Shown: positions 18,716 through 29,055, counted from the stretch's first letter. The stretch is 64,000 bases of DNA from Alphaproteobacteria bacterium (GCA_964291415.2 OZ219920.1:704001-768000); one strand, 5' to 3'. The notes: a model not told the origin generated them from the sequence alone. Numbers and translations are program-made.

Positions 18716-18819
18716 GTGCTGCATTCGCCTGCCATGCATGCTCCCGTGGCAGTCTCTGTTCGCGTAGGCTGTTCGGTTGCAAGCGGAATGCGAACGACCA
18801 AAGTGCCGGGGCGGTGTCA

Positions 18820-19509
18820 GTGACCGAAAGCATGCAGATTGTATGTCTTGCAAATTCCCGAAAACTGTCGGGACGATGTGTTGCCGGACGGGAGTGGTCG
18901 GCTGATGGAGGGACAGGACGCTGGATCCGCTTCGTCAGCGAACGAGAAAACCAGGAAGTGTCGGAGTACGAGCGCCAGTACGAAGACGGAAGTGATCCCG
19001 GGATTCTCGATATCATCGAAGTGCCAGTGCTCTCGCCACAGCCGGAAGGATACCAGACCGAAAACTGGTTGCTCGATCCGGATTACTATTGGGAAAAGGC
19101 CGGTGTTTATTCATCATTTGATCTTCCCGATCTGATAGATCCGGTTGAGCCTCTTTGGATTGACGGTTACAGCACATTTCATGGTTGTAATGACACGATT
19201 CCCCTTGAAGAAACGGCAAAGGTGGCCGGATCCCTGCGGTTGATTGCGGTCGAGGAACTTACTATCGAGGTGTTTTCGCCCGGCGAAGCCTTTGGGAACT
19301 CCAAGCGGCGCGTACAGGGCCAGTTCATGCATGCGGGTCAGGATTATGCGTTCTGGGTAACTGACCCCCTGTATGAGATGCGATACCTTGCGAAGCTTGA
19401 TGGCACATACGGGATTGGCGAGTGCCATCTCACCATCAGTCTTGGGGAACTGTACCGGAACTCCGCATTTAAGCTCATCGCCGCCATCATCGAACCTGAT
19501 GGGCAATAG
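18820..19509 (+). CDS. dual OB-fold (DuOB)-like protein
   Basis: IVCLANSRK..GRCVAG, WIR, LDII, QTENW, SLRLI, VTDP, LTISLG, KLIAAII pattern recalled for this family; start uncertain (18814-18832). Confidence 0.7.
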   Translation: MTESMQIVCLANSRKLSGRCVAGREWSADGGTGRWIRFVSERENQEVSEYERQYEDGSDPGILDIIEVPVLSPQPEGYQTENWLLDPDYYWEKAGVYSSFDLPDLIDPVEPLWIDGYSTFHGCNDTIPLEETAKVAGSLRLIAVEELTIEVFSPGEAFGNSKRRVQGQFMHAGQDYAFWVTDPLYEMRYLAKLDGTYGIGECHLTISLGELYRNSAFKLIAAIIEPDGQ

Positions 19510-19513
19510 AATC

Positions 19514-20149
19514 GTGGGTACGAGCAAGAAAACCATTCTGACGATCGGTCACTCCAGCCATACGTTAGAGGACTTCTTCAAGCTTCTGACCCTGCACGGC
19601 GTCACCGTGCTCGCAGATGTGCGCTCTGCCCCTTACAGCCGCTTCAATCCTCAGTTCAATCGCGAAGGGTTCGTCCGGAGTCTCAAGACTTCTGGATTCA
19701 AGTATGTGTATCTCGGACTCGAGCTAGGTGGGCGATCCGACGACCCTTCCTGCTACGAACGCGGCCGTGTTCGCTACGATCTAGTTGCGCACACACCACT
19801 GTTTCGTAGCGGACTGGAGAGGGTTATGCTCGGCGCAGACCGATACTGCATTGCACTGATGTGCGCCGAGAAGGAACCGCTCGACTGCCATCGGGCGCTT
19901 CTCATTGGACACGAACTGGACAAGAGTGGTGTTGAAGTTGCGCACATTCTGGCCGACGGAACGCTTGAACCGCACGCGAGCACGATGGGTCGCCTGCTTG
20001 ATGAGCTCGGGTTCGAGTCCGAATACGATTTGTTCAACCGACACCGAACACGTGACCAACTCGTAGTGGAAGCGATTACACAACAAGCGAAGCGCGTTGG
20101 GCACGTCAATGAACGAGTGAGTGACGTGGCAAGGCAGAAGGAGCCATGA
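19514..20149 (+). CDS. DUF488-family protein (type 1)
   Basis: TIGHS, LADVRS.PYSR..PQF, LGGR, LMCAEK.PLDCHR..I; start may be 19499. Confidence 0.88.
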   Translation: MGTSKKTILTIGHSSHTLEDFFKLLTLHGVTVLADVRSAPYSRFNPQFNREGFVRSLKTSGFKYVYLGLELGGRSDDPSCYERGRVRYDLVAHTPLFRSGLERVMLGADRYCIALMCAEKEPLDCHRALLIGHELDKSGVEVAHILADGTLEPHASTMGRLLDELGFESEYDLFNRHRTRDQLVVEAITQQAKRVGHVNERVSDVARQKEP

Positions 20150-20610
20150 AAGTATCGACGATAGGTTTCACCCGCAAATCCGCGCAGCGGTTCTTCGAAC
20201 TTCTGCGCGAGTCAGGCACTAGGCGCATCGTGGACGTGAGACTCCGCAACGGCTCCCAGCTTGCCGGGTTCGCCAAGAAGGGTGATCTCGCCTGGTTTGC
20301 GCGCGAACTGTGCGGCATAGACTATGTCCATGTGCCGGACCTCGCACCCACGAACGAGCTGTTGGGCGCGTATCGACAGGGACGAATCTCCTGGGACGCC
20401 TACGAAGAGCGGTTTGTCGACCTGATGAAGGCCCGCAGGATCGAATCCGTTCTGCCTGGGGACGTTGTGGACAATGCCTGTCTGCTGTGCAGCGAAGACC
20501 AGCCGCATCATTGTCACCGTCGGCTCGTCGCCGAGTATCTGAAGGAACATTGGGGCGATGTGGAGATCGAGCACCTGGGTCTCAAGAAGGATGCGCGCCG
20601 GTCCGCCTGA
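20146..20610 (+). CDS. DUF488-family protein (type 2)
   Basis: TIGFT.KSA..FF, DVRL...SQLAGFAK, LAPT, LLCSE..PHHCHRRLVAEYL; ATGA overlap with the upstream DUF488. Confidence 0.88.
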   Translation: MKVSTIGFTRKSAQRFFELLRESGTRRIVDVRLRNGSQLAGFAKKGDLAWFARELCGIDYVHVPDLAPTNELLGAYRQGRISWDAYEERFVDLMKARRIESVLPGDVVDNACLLCSEDQPHHCHRRLVAEYLKEHWGDVEIEHLGLKKDARRSA

Positions 20611-20661
20611 CCGTGTTGGGACAGTCCTTGCGCCGTGAGGACGTGGTCTGCGTCGACAGGC

Positions 20662-21870
20662 TCAGCCTGCCGTCCCGAGGGGCTCGATACAATCCGGTGC
20701 GTCCCAGCCGAATGTGTGCAAGTCCTTCCAAGGGAGCAGTCTGCCCGTTCTCCGGTGCTGGGCGCCGTCGCCGCCATAGACGACGAGGGTGGAGCACCCA
20801 GGGGCCGAATTGACGAGGTGTTGGCGAATGCGGTTGCCACCTTGGAACAGGCTTGATGACGGCGTCATGGATGCCTTTGCCTCGACAACTGCGATGCCAC
20901 CCGGATGTTCGACAATCAGATCGGCCTCGGCCCCATTCCGGTCGCGGTAGTGCGAAATGCCCCTGGTCTCGCCCTGATTGGCCCGATGCTTGACAATCTC
21001 CGACACGACCCAGGTTTCGAAGATCGGGCCGCGCAAGGGGTGTGCTTGGAGCTGGTCAGGATTTCGGATGCCCAATAGCCAGCAGACCAGCCCGGTATCG
21101 CAGAAATGCAGCTTCGGCGTTCTCACCAGTCGCTTGCGAACATTCGTGTGAAAGGCTGGCAGGCGGAAGGCGATGAAGCTGGTTTCAAGTATGCTCAGCC
21201 AGGCCTTCGCGGTCGGCTGCGAGATGGCGCAGTCTCCCGCCAGTGATGAGAGGTTGAGCAGTTGTGCCGTTTGACTGGCACAAAGCGTGACGAAACGCTG
21301 GAATGTCGAAAGGTCGCCCACATTGGCGATCATCCGCACGTCGCGCTCGATGTAGGTCGCGACGTAGGAGCCAAGCCACTCCGGGACATCATGACCTTCA
21401 TCGAAAATTCGCGGGTAGGAGCCGGCAAAGAGAGTCTCGTCGAGAGTCTCTGGATGCTTCGCAAATCGAATCGTCTCGCCCCGTGTCAACGGGAACAGGT
21501 TGCAAAGCGCCGTCCTTCCGGCAAGCGACTGGCTGACCGATTGGAGGAGCGAGAGATTTTGAGATCCTGTGAGAATCCAGCGCCCGGGCTTGGGGTCGGT
21601 GTCGATGATGCCCTGCAGGTAGGAGAACAACCCGGGCACCTTCTGAATCTCGTCGAGAACAGCGCCGCAGGGAAACTGTGCGAGGAAAGCTCGCGGGTCT
21701 TCCATGGCAAAGGCCCGCACGTCCAGGTCTTCCAGCGACTGATACGGATGTTGTGGAAAGAGGGTGCGGCACAACGTGGTCTTGCCGCTCTGCCGGGGCC
21801 CGGTCAGCGTGATGGATGGCCAAGTCTGCGCGGCCTGAATCAGCCTTGGTGCAATGTCGCGTGCGATCAT
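20662..21870 (-). CDS. AAA_14 ATPase with DUF4143 C-terminal (PD-(D/E)xK-like) domain
   Basis: GPRQSGKTT Walker A, LDEIQ Walker B, LTGSQ, SLAGR, YIERDV, PKLHFCDTGL, FET.V, YRD..G.EADL...EAK. Confidence 0.9.
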   Translation of the reverse strand: MIARDIAPRLIQAAQTWPSITLTGPRQSGKTTLCRTLFPQHPYQSLEDLDVRAFAMEDPRAFLAQFPCGAVLDEIQKVPGLFSYLQGIIDTDPKPGRWILTGSQNLSLLQSVSQSLAGRTALCNLFPLTRGETIRFAKHPETLDETLFAGSYPRIFDEGHDVPEWLGSYVATYIERDVRMIANVGDLSTFQRFVTLCASQTAQLLNLSSLAGDCAISQPTAKAWLSILETSFIAFRLPAFHTNVRKRLVRTPKLHFCDTGLVCWLLGIRNPDQLQAHPLRGPIFETWVVSEIVKHRANQGETRGISHYRDRNGAEADLIVEHPGGIAVVEAKASMTPSSSLFQGGNRIRQHLVNSAPGCSTLVVYGGDGAQHRRTGRLLPWKDLHTFGWDAPDCIEPLGTAG

Positions 21871-22077
21871 GATGCGAAACGTAACAAAGTCACAGGCCAA
21901 ATCAAGATAGGATTTTGAAATGGCCTTGGCTTGCGACTCACCCGGAGCCGCTACGGTCTCCACGCCTGTGGATCGCGAAGTCGAGCGACGGAAGGGCCGT
22001 GCCGGGCCGAACGCCGACAGTGGCAGTGGGCGCTGTTGTCTGTGGAGTTCGCCTGCCGGCTCGTGTATGCCCTTGGC

Positions 22078-22989
22078 ATGGGCATCACGCAGGAACAGGC
22101 GCGGGAGATCAGCGAACAGCGGTCGCGCTCCGAATCGACGCGACGGGTGGTGTCGCCGGGGCTCGAGGCGCTGCTCTACGAGCCAATCGAGGTGCTCGAT
22201 CACGGGTTCGTGCGCGTCATCGACTACCTGGGGGATGACAGCGCCATCGTCCAGGCGGCACGGGTGTCCTACGGGACGGGCACACGGTCGGTGCGTGGCG
22301 ATGCGGCGCTCATTGCCTACCTGATGCGCCACCGCCACACGACGCCCTTCGAGATGTGCGAGATCAAGTACCACGTCAAGCTGCCGGTGTTCGTGGCCCG
22401 CCAGTGGATTCGCCACCGCACGGCCAGCGTCAACGAGGTCTCGGCGCGGTACTCGATTCTCGACCGCGAGTTCCATATCCCGGCGCCTGACAACCTGGCC
22501 CGCCAGTCGACGCAGAACCGGCAGGGACGGAGCGACATTCTCGAGGGCGACGAGGCCGCGAGGGTGCTGGAGATTCTCAAGGACGACGCCAGCCGCGCCT
22601 ATGGACACTACGAAGAGTTGCTCGACGACGAAGGGCCTGGCCTTGCCCGCGAACTGGCGCGCATCAACCTGCCGCTCGGCATCTACACCCAGTGGTACTG
22701 GAAGACCAATCTTCACAACCTGCTTCACTTCCTCGCCCTGAGGGCGGATTCCCATGCCCAGCACGAGATCAGGGTCTATGCCGAGGCGATGCTGGAGACG
22801 GTGAAGGCCTGGGTTCCGCTGGCCCACGAGGCCTTTGTCGAATGCCGGCTTGACGGCGCGGAACTGACGGCGAAACAGCTGGCGGCGGTGCGCCGCATGC
22901 TCAACGGCGAGACGGTGACGGCGGAAACAAGCGGGCTGTCGCGACGGATGTGGGACGAACTGCAGGCCGTGCTGGAGGACCGTCCCTGA
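22078..22989 (+). CDS. thyX: FAD-dependent thymidylate synthase
   Basis: [26 protein letters not shown] signature, ARELAR, RADSHAQ.EIR. Confidence 0.96.
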   Translation: MGITQEQAREISEQRSRSESTRRVVSPGLEALLYEPIEVLDHGFVRVIDYLGDDSAIVQAARVSYGTGTRSVRGDAALIAYLMRHRHTTPFEMCEIKYHVKLPVFVARQWIRHRTASVNEVSARYSILDREFHIPAPDNLARQSTQNRQGRSDILEGDEAARVLEILKDDASRAYGHYEELLDDEGPGLARELARINLPLGIYTQWYWKTNLHNLLHFLALRADSHAQHEIRVYAEAMLETVKAWVPLAHEAFVECRLDGAELTAKQLAAVRRMLNGETVTAETSGLSRRMWDELQAVLEDRP

Positions 22990-23013
22990 CGGACGGCGGG
23001 CCGGACCGGCCGC

Positions 23014-24084
23014 TTATTCGATGACGATGCGCGGGCCTTCCGGGCGGGCTCCCGGCAGGCTCTCCAGGACCGCCGAGGCCACCTCCTGATAGGCGTTGGC
23101 AATGGCGCCCCCGGGTTCGGCGGCGACAATGGGAAGACCGCTGTCCGATGTCTCGCGAATCCTGACGTCGAGAGGAATCTCGCCCAGGAAGGGAACCCCC
23201 AGCCTGGCGGCCTCGTGCCTTGCGCCGCCATGGGCGAAGACTTCGGTGCGGTGACCGCAGGCCGGACAGGCGAAATAGCTCATGTTCTCGACAATGCCGA
23301 GGATGGGGACATCCACCTTGCGGAACATGTTGAGTCCCTTGCGGGCGTCGATGAGCGACAGATCCTGCGGTGTGGACACGATCACGGCGCCGGCGAGCGG
23401 CGTCCTCTGGGTGAGCGAGAGCTGGACGTCGCCGGTCCCCGGCGGCAGATCGACGATCATGATGTCGGCCTCGCCCCACGCCACCTGGCGCAACATCTGT
23501 TCCAGGGCGCTCTGCACCATTGGGCCGCGCCACACCATGGGCTGGTCCTCTCCGATCAAGAGGCCGATCGACATGGTCGCGATACCGTGGGCCATCTTCG
23601 GATAGAGCAGTGTCCCGTCAGTCTCCGGCTTGCCCGTCAGTCCGAAGAGGCGGGGCGCCGAAGGGCCGTAGATGTCCGCATCAAGGAAAACGACCTTGCG
23701 GCCCCCGGCGGCCAGGGCCAGCGCCAGATTGGCCGCGGTCGTCGACTTGCCGACGCCACCCTTGCCGCTGGCCACCGCCACGATGGACTTGACGCCGTCG
23801 ATGCCTCCGGCGGGCTCTGCCGGGGCGGCCTGATCGCGGTGAGCGGTCATGACGACGCTGGACGAGAGCACTCCGGGCAGGGCGCGAATGGCGTCTTCTG
23901 CCGCCTTGCGCACCGGCTCGTACGTGTGGCCGCGATCAGCCGGCACCTCCATGACGAACCCGACGTTGCCGTCCTTGACGACGAGATTGGAGACGAGACC
24001 CTCGTCGCTGATCGGTCGGCCGCTCCCGGGATCGATGATCCCGCGAAGGGCCGCTTCAACTGTCTCTTGCGTGACTCGTGCCAT
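23014..24084 (-). CDS. mrp: Mrp/NBP35 Fe-S cluster carrier ATPase
   Basis: VASGKGGVGKST, DADIYGPS, WRGPM, DLPPGTGD, ENMS...CP.CG. Confidence 0.95.
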   Translation of the reverse strand: MARVTQETVEAALRGIIDPGSGRPISDEGLVSNLVVKDGNVGFVMEVPADRGHTYEPVRKAAEDAIRALPGVLSSSVVMTAHRDQAAPAEPAGGIDGVKSIVAVASGKGGVGKSTTAANLALALAAGGRKVVFLDADIYGPSAPRLFGLTGKPETDGTLLYPKMAHGIATMSIGLLIGEDQPMVWRGPMVQSALEQMLRQVAWGEADIMIVDLPPGTGDVQLSLTQRTPLAGAVIVSTPQDLSLIDARKGLNMFRKVDVPILGIVENMSYFACPACGHRTEVFAHGGARHEAARLGVPFLGEIPLDVRIRETSDSGLPIVAAEPGGAIANAYQEVASAVLESLPGARPEGPRIVIE

Positions 24085-24207
24085 CGCTCGTCGTCCTTCC
24101 CGCGTTGCAGGCAACACGCAGGTGACATATAACGCGGGGACCCTTGGCAACAACCCATAAAGTGCGGAACCCGGCTCACCTGGATCCGCCAGGAAGGCAG
24201 CGAACCC

Positions 24208-25263
24208 ATGTCCTGGAATGACGGTGGTGGAGGTGGATGGGGCGGCTCCGGCGGCGGCCCCTGGGGACGGCGTCCCTCGGGCGGCGGCGGCCGCGAATTC
24301 GAGGAACTCGTCCGCAACATGCAAAAGAAGGGCCGGCGATTCCTGCCCGGCGGTTTCGGCGGAATCAGGGGAATCCTGATCATCCTCGTCGTGCTTGTCG
24401 CCGTGTGGCTGGCGAGTGGAATCTACCGGGTCGACACCAACGAGCAGGGTGTCGAGGTTGTCTTTGGACGCTGGGTCAACACGACGACACCCGGCCTCGA
24501 CTACAACTGGCCGGCGCCCGTCGGACAGGTCTTCACGCCGACGGTGACGGAGATCCAGCAGTTCACGATCGGCACGACGCCCAACCAGAGCCTGATGTTG
24601 ACGGGTGACGAGAACATCATCGACGTCAAGTTCGTCGTGAAGTGGAAGATCGACGACGCCGGAAAGTTCCTGTTCAACATCTCCGATCCGGAGGGAACGA
24701 CACGCAACGTGGCCGAGAGCGCGATGCGTCAGGCCATCGGCCGCACCCCGTTGGCGACGGCTCTTGCCGAAGGCCGGGCGGAAGTCGAACAGAAGACACT
24801 GGAGTTGATGCAGACGATGCTCGACGAGTACGGTGCCGGAGTCGAGATCCGTCAGGTCGAACTGCAGAGCGTCGATCCGCCTGCGGCGGTGATCGACGCC
24901 TTCCGCGATGTCCAGGCTGCCCGGGCGGACCAGGAACGCTCGATCAACGAGGCCCAGGCCTACCAGAACCAGATCGTGCCGGTCGCCCGTGGTGATTCGC
25001 AGCGCATGATTCAGGAGGCGGAGGCCTACAAGGAGCAGGTGATCAACACGGCCCAGGGCGATGCCGCCCGCTTCATGTCGGTCTACAACGAGTACATCTT
25101 GGCCGAGGACGTGACGGAGCGGCGCATCTACCTCGAGACCATGGAAACGGTGCTGCGGGACATGGAGAAGATCGTCATCGACACCGGGGCCATGGACGGC
25201 CAGGGGGTCGTACCCTACCTGCCGCTCGACCAGCTGCGGCGAAGCAGCGACGAGGAGGGCTGA
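24208..25263 (+). CDS. hflK: FtsH protease modulator HflK
   Basis: Gly-rich MSWN..GPWG N-terminus, MLTGDENII, AF.DV..AR.D, RIYLETME. Confidence 0.95.
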   Translation: MSWNDGGGGGWGGSGGGPWGRRPSGGGGREFEELVRNMQKKGRRFLPGGFGGIRGILIILVVLVAVWLASGIYRVDTNEQGVEVVFGRWVNTTTPGLDYNWPAPVGQVFTPTVTEIQQFTIGTTPNQSLMLTGDENIIDVKFVVKWKIDDAGKFLFNISDPEGTTRNVAESAMRQAIGRTPLATALAEGRAEVEQKTLELMQTMLDEYGAGVEIRQVELQSVDPPAAVIDAFRDVQAARADQERSINEAQAYQNQIVPVARGDSQRMIQEAEAYKEQVINTAQGDAARFMSVYNEYILAEDVTERRIYLETMETVLRDMEKIVIDTGAMDGQGVVPYLPLDQLRRSSDEEG

Positions 25264-25266
25264 GCC

Positions 25267-26163
25267 GTGAACATCAAGATCATTCTCTCGGTCATCGGCC
25301 TTGCCGCCGCCCTGGTGGTCGGTTCCATGTCGGTGTTCACCGTCGCCGAATACGAGCAGGGGATCGTTGTCCAGTTCGGTGACCCCAAGCGGGTGGTGAG
25401 CGAGCCCGGTCTCAATTTCAAGCTTCCGTGGCAGGACGTCATCTACTACGAGAAGCGTGTCATCCAGGTCGACGGAGAGCCCGAACAGGTGACTGCGTCG
25501 GACCAGAAGCGCCTGGTTGTCGACGCCTTTGCCCTCTACCGCATCACGGATCCCCTGAAATTCAAGAACTCGGCGATCACCATCGACCGTTTCGAGGGAT
25601 TCATGCTCAGAACGCTGACCGGCACGTTGCGCCAGCACATCGGCCGGGTGCCGCTGGTCGATGTGGTTTCCGGGGAGCGCGAGACGTTGATGAACGCGAT
25701 TCAGGAATCCCTGGTCAGGGCGACCGAGCAGTACGGCATCGAGGTGACGGACGTGCGCATCAAGCGCACCGACCTTCCCCAGGAAAACAGCCAGGCCATC
25801 TACCGGCGCATGCAGACCGAGCGCGAGCGTGAAGCAAGCGAGATCCGCGCGGAGGGCGAGGAGCAGTCATTGCGCATCCGCGCCGAGGCCGATCGGACCC
25901 GCACCGTGCTGTTGTCGGAAGCAAGGCGCGATTCCGAAATCCTGCGTGGCGAGGGAGACGGAGAAGTGGTGCGCATCTTTGCCGAAGCCTTCGGCCGGGA
26001 TGTCGACTTCTTCACGTTCTATCGCACCATGCAGGCCTACCGTGAGGCGCTCAACTCCACGGACACCACGCTGGTGCTGACGCCGGAGGGAGACTTCCTG
26101 CGTTTCCTGACGAGTTTCGAGGGTCTCCAGATGAGCCCTCGTTCTGACACATTCGCCGAGTAA
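25267..26163 (+). CDS. hflC: FtsH protease modulator HflC
   Basis: PGL.FKLP, DQKRLVVD, DVRIKR.DLP, RMQTERERE, FF.FYR.MQAY. Confidence 0.95.
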   Translation: MNIKIILSVIGLAAALVVGSMSVFTVAEYEQGIVVQFGDPKRVVSEPGLNFKLPWQDVIYYEKRVIQVDGEPEQVTASDQKRLVVDAFALYRITDPLKFKNSAITIDRFEGFMLRTLTGTLRQHIGRVPLVDVVSGERETLMNAIQESLVRATEQYGIEVTDVRIKRTDLPQENSQAIYRRMQTEREREASEIRAEGEEQSLRIRAEADRTRTVLLSEARRDSEILRGEGDGEVVRIFAEAFGRDVDFFTFYRTMQAYREALNSTDTTLVLTPEGDFLRFLTSFEGLQMSPRSDTFAE

Positions 26164-26192
26164 GTGGTGGCGTATCGCCTGACCGGGCGCCG

Positions 26193-26378
26193 ATGACCGA
26201 CCTGGCTGTGGCACTTGCCATTGCCATGTTTCTCGAAGGTGTCGCCTGGGCACTGTTCCCGGGCGCCATGAAGAGGGCCATGGTGCATGTCCTGGCCCAG
26301 CCCCTCTCCACGGTGCGAACGGTCGGTCTGATGGTGGCCCTGGCCGGCGTGACAGCCGTATGGTTGCTGCGTGGCTGA
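26193..26378 (+). CDS. DUF2065 small membrane protein
   Basis: LEG...ALFP..MKR motif; conserved position after hflC. Confidence 0.85.
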   Translation: MTDLAVALAIAMFLEGVAWALFPGAMKRAMVHVLAQPLSTVRTVGLMVALAGVTAVWLLRG

Positions 26379-26405
26379 ATGCGAAGTCGATACAGAGGTC
26401 GTGAC

Positions 26406-27878
26406 ATGACGATGAACCGGACCGGTTTCTTCCCTGTACTTGTTCTGACGTTCCTTCTCTCCGGGTTCTCCGGTCCCGGCAGCCATGCACACGGCACTGG
26501 CGAAGGTCATGCCGATCTGGCGGAACGCCTGCTCCCATCGGTGGTGTCGATCTTCACTGAGACCGAAGTCGCCGGAGGCAGCCGTTCAGGAACCAATCCC
26601 TATTCGGGAACGCCATTCGAGGAATTCTTCGAGCGCTTCTTCAACCGGCAGAATCCTGACCGGGAGGACAGCGAGCCGCGCTCGGCCCCGTGGGCGCTGG
26701 GATCCGGGTTCATCATCCACGAAGACGGCGACATCGTGACCAACGCCCATGTCATCGACAAGGCCTCGAAGATTCTCGTGCGCCTCGATGACGGGACCGA
26801 ATACGAAGCCACGGTAATGGCGACGGACTCCAAGACCGATATTGCCCTGCTCAGGGTCGAGGCAGACGATCCGTTGCCGGCAGTGGCCTTTGGCGATTCG
26901 GACGTCGTGCGCATCGGCGATGTCGCCCTTGCCATCGGCAACCCCTTCGGATTCGGCAACTCCGTGACAGCCGGAATCATCTCGGCGCGCCAGCGGGACA
27001 TCAACGCAGGTCCCTACGACCAGTTTCTGCAGACGGATGCGCCCATCAACCGCGGCAATTCGGGCGGACCTCTGTTCAATATCGACGGCGAGGTTATCGG
27101 CGTGAACACGCTGATCTATTCGCCGTCTGGTGGTTCGGTGGGCATCGGCTTCGCCGTTCCCTCCAATGTGGTGGCGCACGTTGTCCACCAGCTCAAGGAG
27201 TATGGCCGGACGCGCCGCGGCTGGCTTGGCGTGCGTATCCAGCCGGTGACCCCGGAGATCGCCGAGGGCCTCGGTCTGCCCGAGGCGAGCGGCGCGCTCG
27301 TGGCGAGTGTCACGCCTGACAGCCCCGCTGAAGCCGCCGGGTTCCAGGTCGGCGACACCATCGTCCGCTTCAACGGCCTTCCGATCGACGACATGCGCGA
27401 GCTGCCGCGCGCCGTGGTGCGCACGGAAGTGGGCCTCGAGGTCGAGGTCGTCGTCATCCGCGACGGCGAAGAACGCGCCATCGACGTGGTGCTCGGAGAA
27501 CTCGAGGCCTACGAAGCCACCCTCGCCGGCGCCACGGACCAGTCAGGTGACAGCGTCGAAGACGTCGAAGAGGTCCAGGAAGAAGTTCTTCTCGGGATGG
27601 AGATCCGCCCGCTCAATGCTGAACTTGCCCGCCAGTTCGAGCTTGAGGACGACGCGACGGGCCTCGTCGTCACCCGGGTCGAACCGGCTGGCCCGGCGTA
27701 CCGTGGAGGCGTCCAGGCCGGTGACATCCTGCTCCATGTCGGGCGCGAGCCCGTGGAGTCCGTCGAGCAGGTGAGGGACCTCCTCGAGGCGGCCAAGGGA
27801 AGAAACGCCCAGTCCGTGGTCGTTCTCATCGAACGTGCGGGCGATCCGAGATACCTGGCCCTGGAAATCGGTGATTGA
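26406..27878 (+). CDS. Do/DegQ family serine endoprotease
   Basis: LGSGFII, VTNAHV, TDIALL, QTDAPINRGNSGGPL, two PDZ domains. Confidence 0.95.
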   Translation: MTMNRTGFFPVLVLTFLLSGFSGPGSHAHGTGEGHADLAERLLPSVVSIFTETEVAGGSRSGTNPYSGTPFEEFFERFFNRQNPDREDSEPRSAPWALGSGFIIHEDGDIVTNAHVIDKASKILVRLDDGTEYEATVMATDSKTDIALLRVEADDPLPAVAFGDSDVVRIGDVALAIGNPFGFGNSVTAGIISARQRDINAGPYDQFLQTDAPINRGNSGGPLFNIDGEVIGVNTLIYSPSGGSVGIGFAVPSNVVAHVVHQLKEYGRTRRGWLGVRIQPVTPEIAEGLGLPEASGALVASVTPDSPAEAAGFQVGDTIVRFNGLPIDDMRELPRAVVRTEVGLEVEVVVIRDGEERAIDVVLGELEAYEATLAGATDQSGDSVEDVEEVQEEVLLGMEIRPLNAELARQFELEDDATGLVVTRVEPAGPAYRGGVQAGDILLHVGREPVESVEQVRDLLEAAKGRNAQSVVVLIERAGDPRYLALEIGD

Positions 27879-28866
27879 CACCCTCGTCGACGCTGACTGC
27901 GCGGACGAAGGAGAGGGTATCGGCCCGGTCATCCTCATTGGCGGGCCGACGGCGTCGGGCAAGTCTCGGCTTGCCATGCGCCTTGCCGACGAGGTGGACG
28001 GCGTCATCGTCAACGCGGACAGCATGCAGGTCTATGCCGACCTCGCGATCCTGACGGCCCGGCCGACTCCTGAGGACGAGGCACGCTGCCAACACCACCT
28101 TTTCGGCTTTCTCGATGCCGCCACACCCTGTTCGGCCGGGTTGTGGCACCGCCGCGCGCGCAGCATCTGCCAGGAGATTTCCTCGACCGGCCGGGTGCCG
28201 ATCGTTGTCGGCGGGACAGGCCTCTATCTCAGGACATTCCGCGAGGGACTGGCGCCGATTCCCGACATTCCAGGGGACGTCCGCGAAAGGGTCCGCCAGC
28301 GACTGGCGATAGAGGGAGCGGAGGCGCTTCACGCCGACCTCGGCGGGATCGATCCCTCCCTGGCGGCGGCTCTCTCGCCCGCAGACAGCCAGCGCATCGC
28401 CCGGGCCCACGAGGTCCACGAGGCAACGGGAACGCGGCTATCGGAATGGATGACGCGGTCCCGCGAGGGAGGATGGAAAGGGGCGCTGTGGCAGATCAGC
28501 CTGCTTCCGGACCGATCGCTCCTCTTCGAGCGCACGGTTGCCCGTTTCGACCGGATGATGGCGGCAGGCGCTCTCGAAGAAGCCGCGGCCTTCGCGGCGC
28601 GCCGTCTCGATTCATCCCTGCCGGCCACACGCTGCGTCGGGCTTGCCAGTCTCACGGCCCATCTTGCCGGACGTCTCACCCTTGACGAGGCGTGTGACGA
28701 GGCGAAGCGGGCAACACGGCGCTACGCCCGCAGGCAGTTCACATGGTTCCGCCACCAATCAGGGGACGCATCGCTCCTCTGTGCCTTCGGCGACGACGAA
28801 AACGCTGGCGACATTGTCGCCAGGGCCCGGTGCTTCCTGTCATCCTCTTCCGCCCACGTACCGTGA
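27871..28866 (+). CDS. miaA: tRNA dimethylallyltransferase
   Basis: GPTASGKS, NADSMQVY, ILTARP, VGGTGLY, TRRYARRQ.TWFR. Confidence 0.95.
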   Translation: MIDTLVDADCADEGEGIGPVILIGGPTASGKSRLAMRLADEVDGVIVNADSMQVYADLAILTARPTPEDEARCQHHLFGFLDAATPCSAGLWHRRARSICQEISSTGRVPIVVGGTGLYLRTFREGLAPIPDIPGDVRERVRQRLAIEGAEALHADLGGIDPSLAAALSPADSQRIARAHEVHEATGTRLSEWMTRSREGGWKGALWQISLLPDRSLLFERTVARFDRMMAAGALEEAAAFAARRLDSSLPATRCVGLASLTAHLAGRLTLDEACDEAKRATRRYARRQFTWFRHQSGDASLLCAFGDDENAGDIVARARCFLSSSSAHVP

Positions 28867-29055
28867 CCGCAGTTCCGGAGGGAGCATCCTGACGGGTCAG
28901 GGAACGAACGCATGATGCAGACTTCATTCCGGCGGAGAACACTCAACAAAGCAGAGGGCTGGCGCGCTGGCTCCAGGGATCCGGCGGTGACATCGCTTCC
29001 GCTTTCGGTCGTGTCAGTTAGCCTGTTCACCCCGTGTCGCATTGAGGAGGCCGCC

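Noticed and set aside
23014-25638. 874 aa Mrp ORF and 721 aa AAA ORF (20662-22827) that look like fusions
   Set aside because: Their N-terminal parts are antisense shadows of hflK/hflC and thyX; the real starts are at 24084 and 21870
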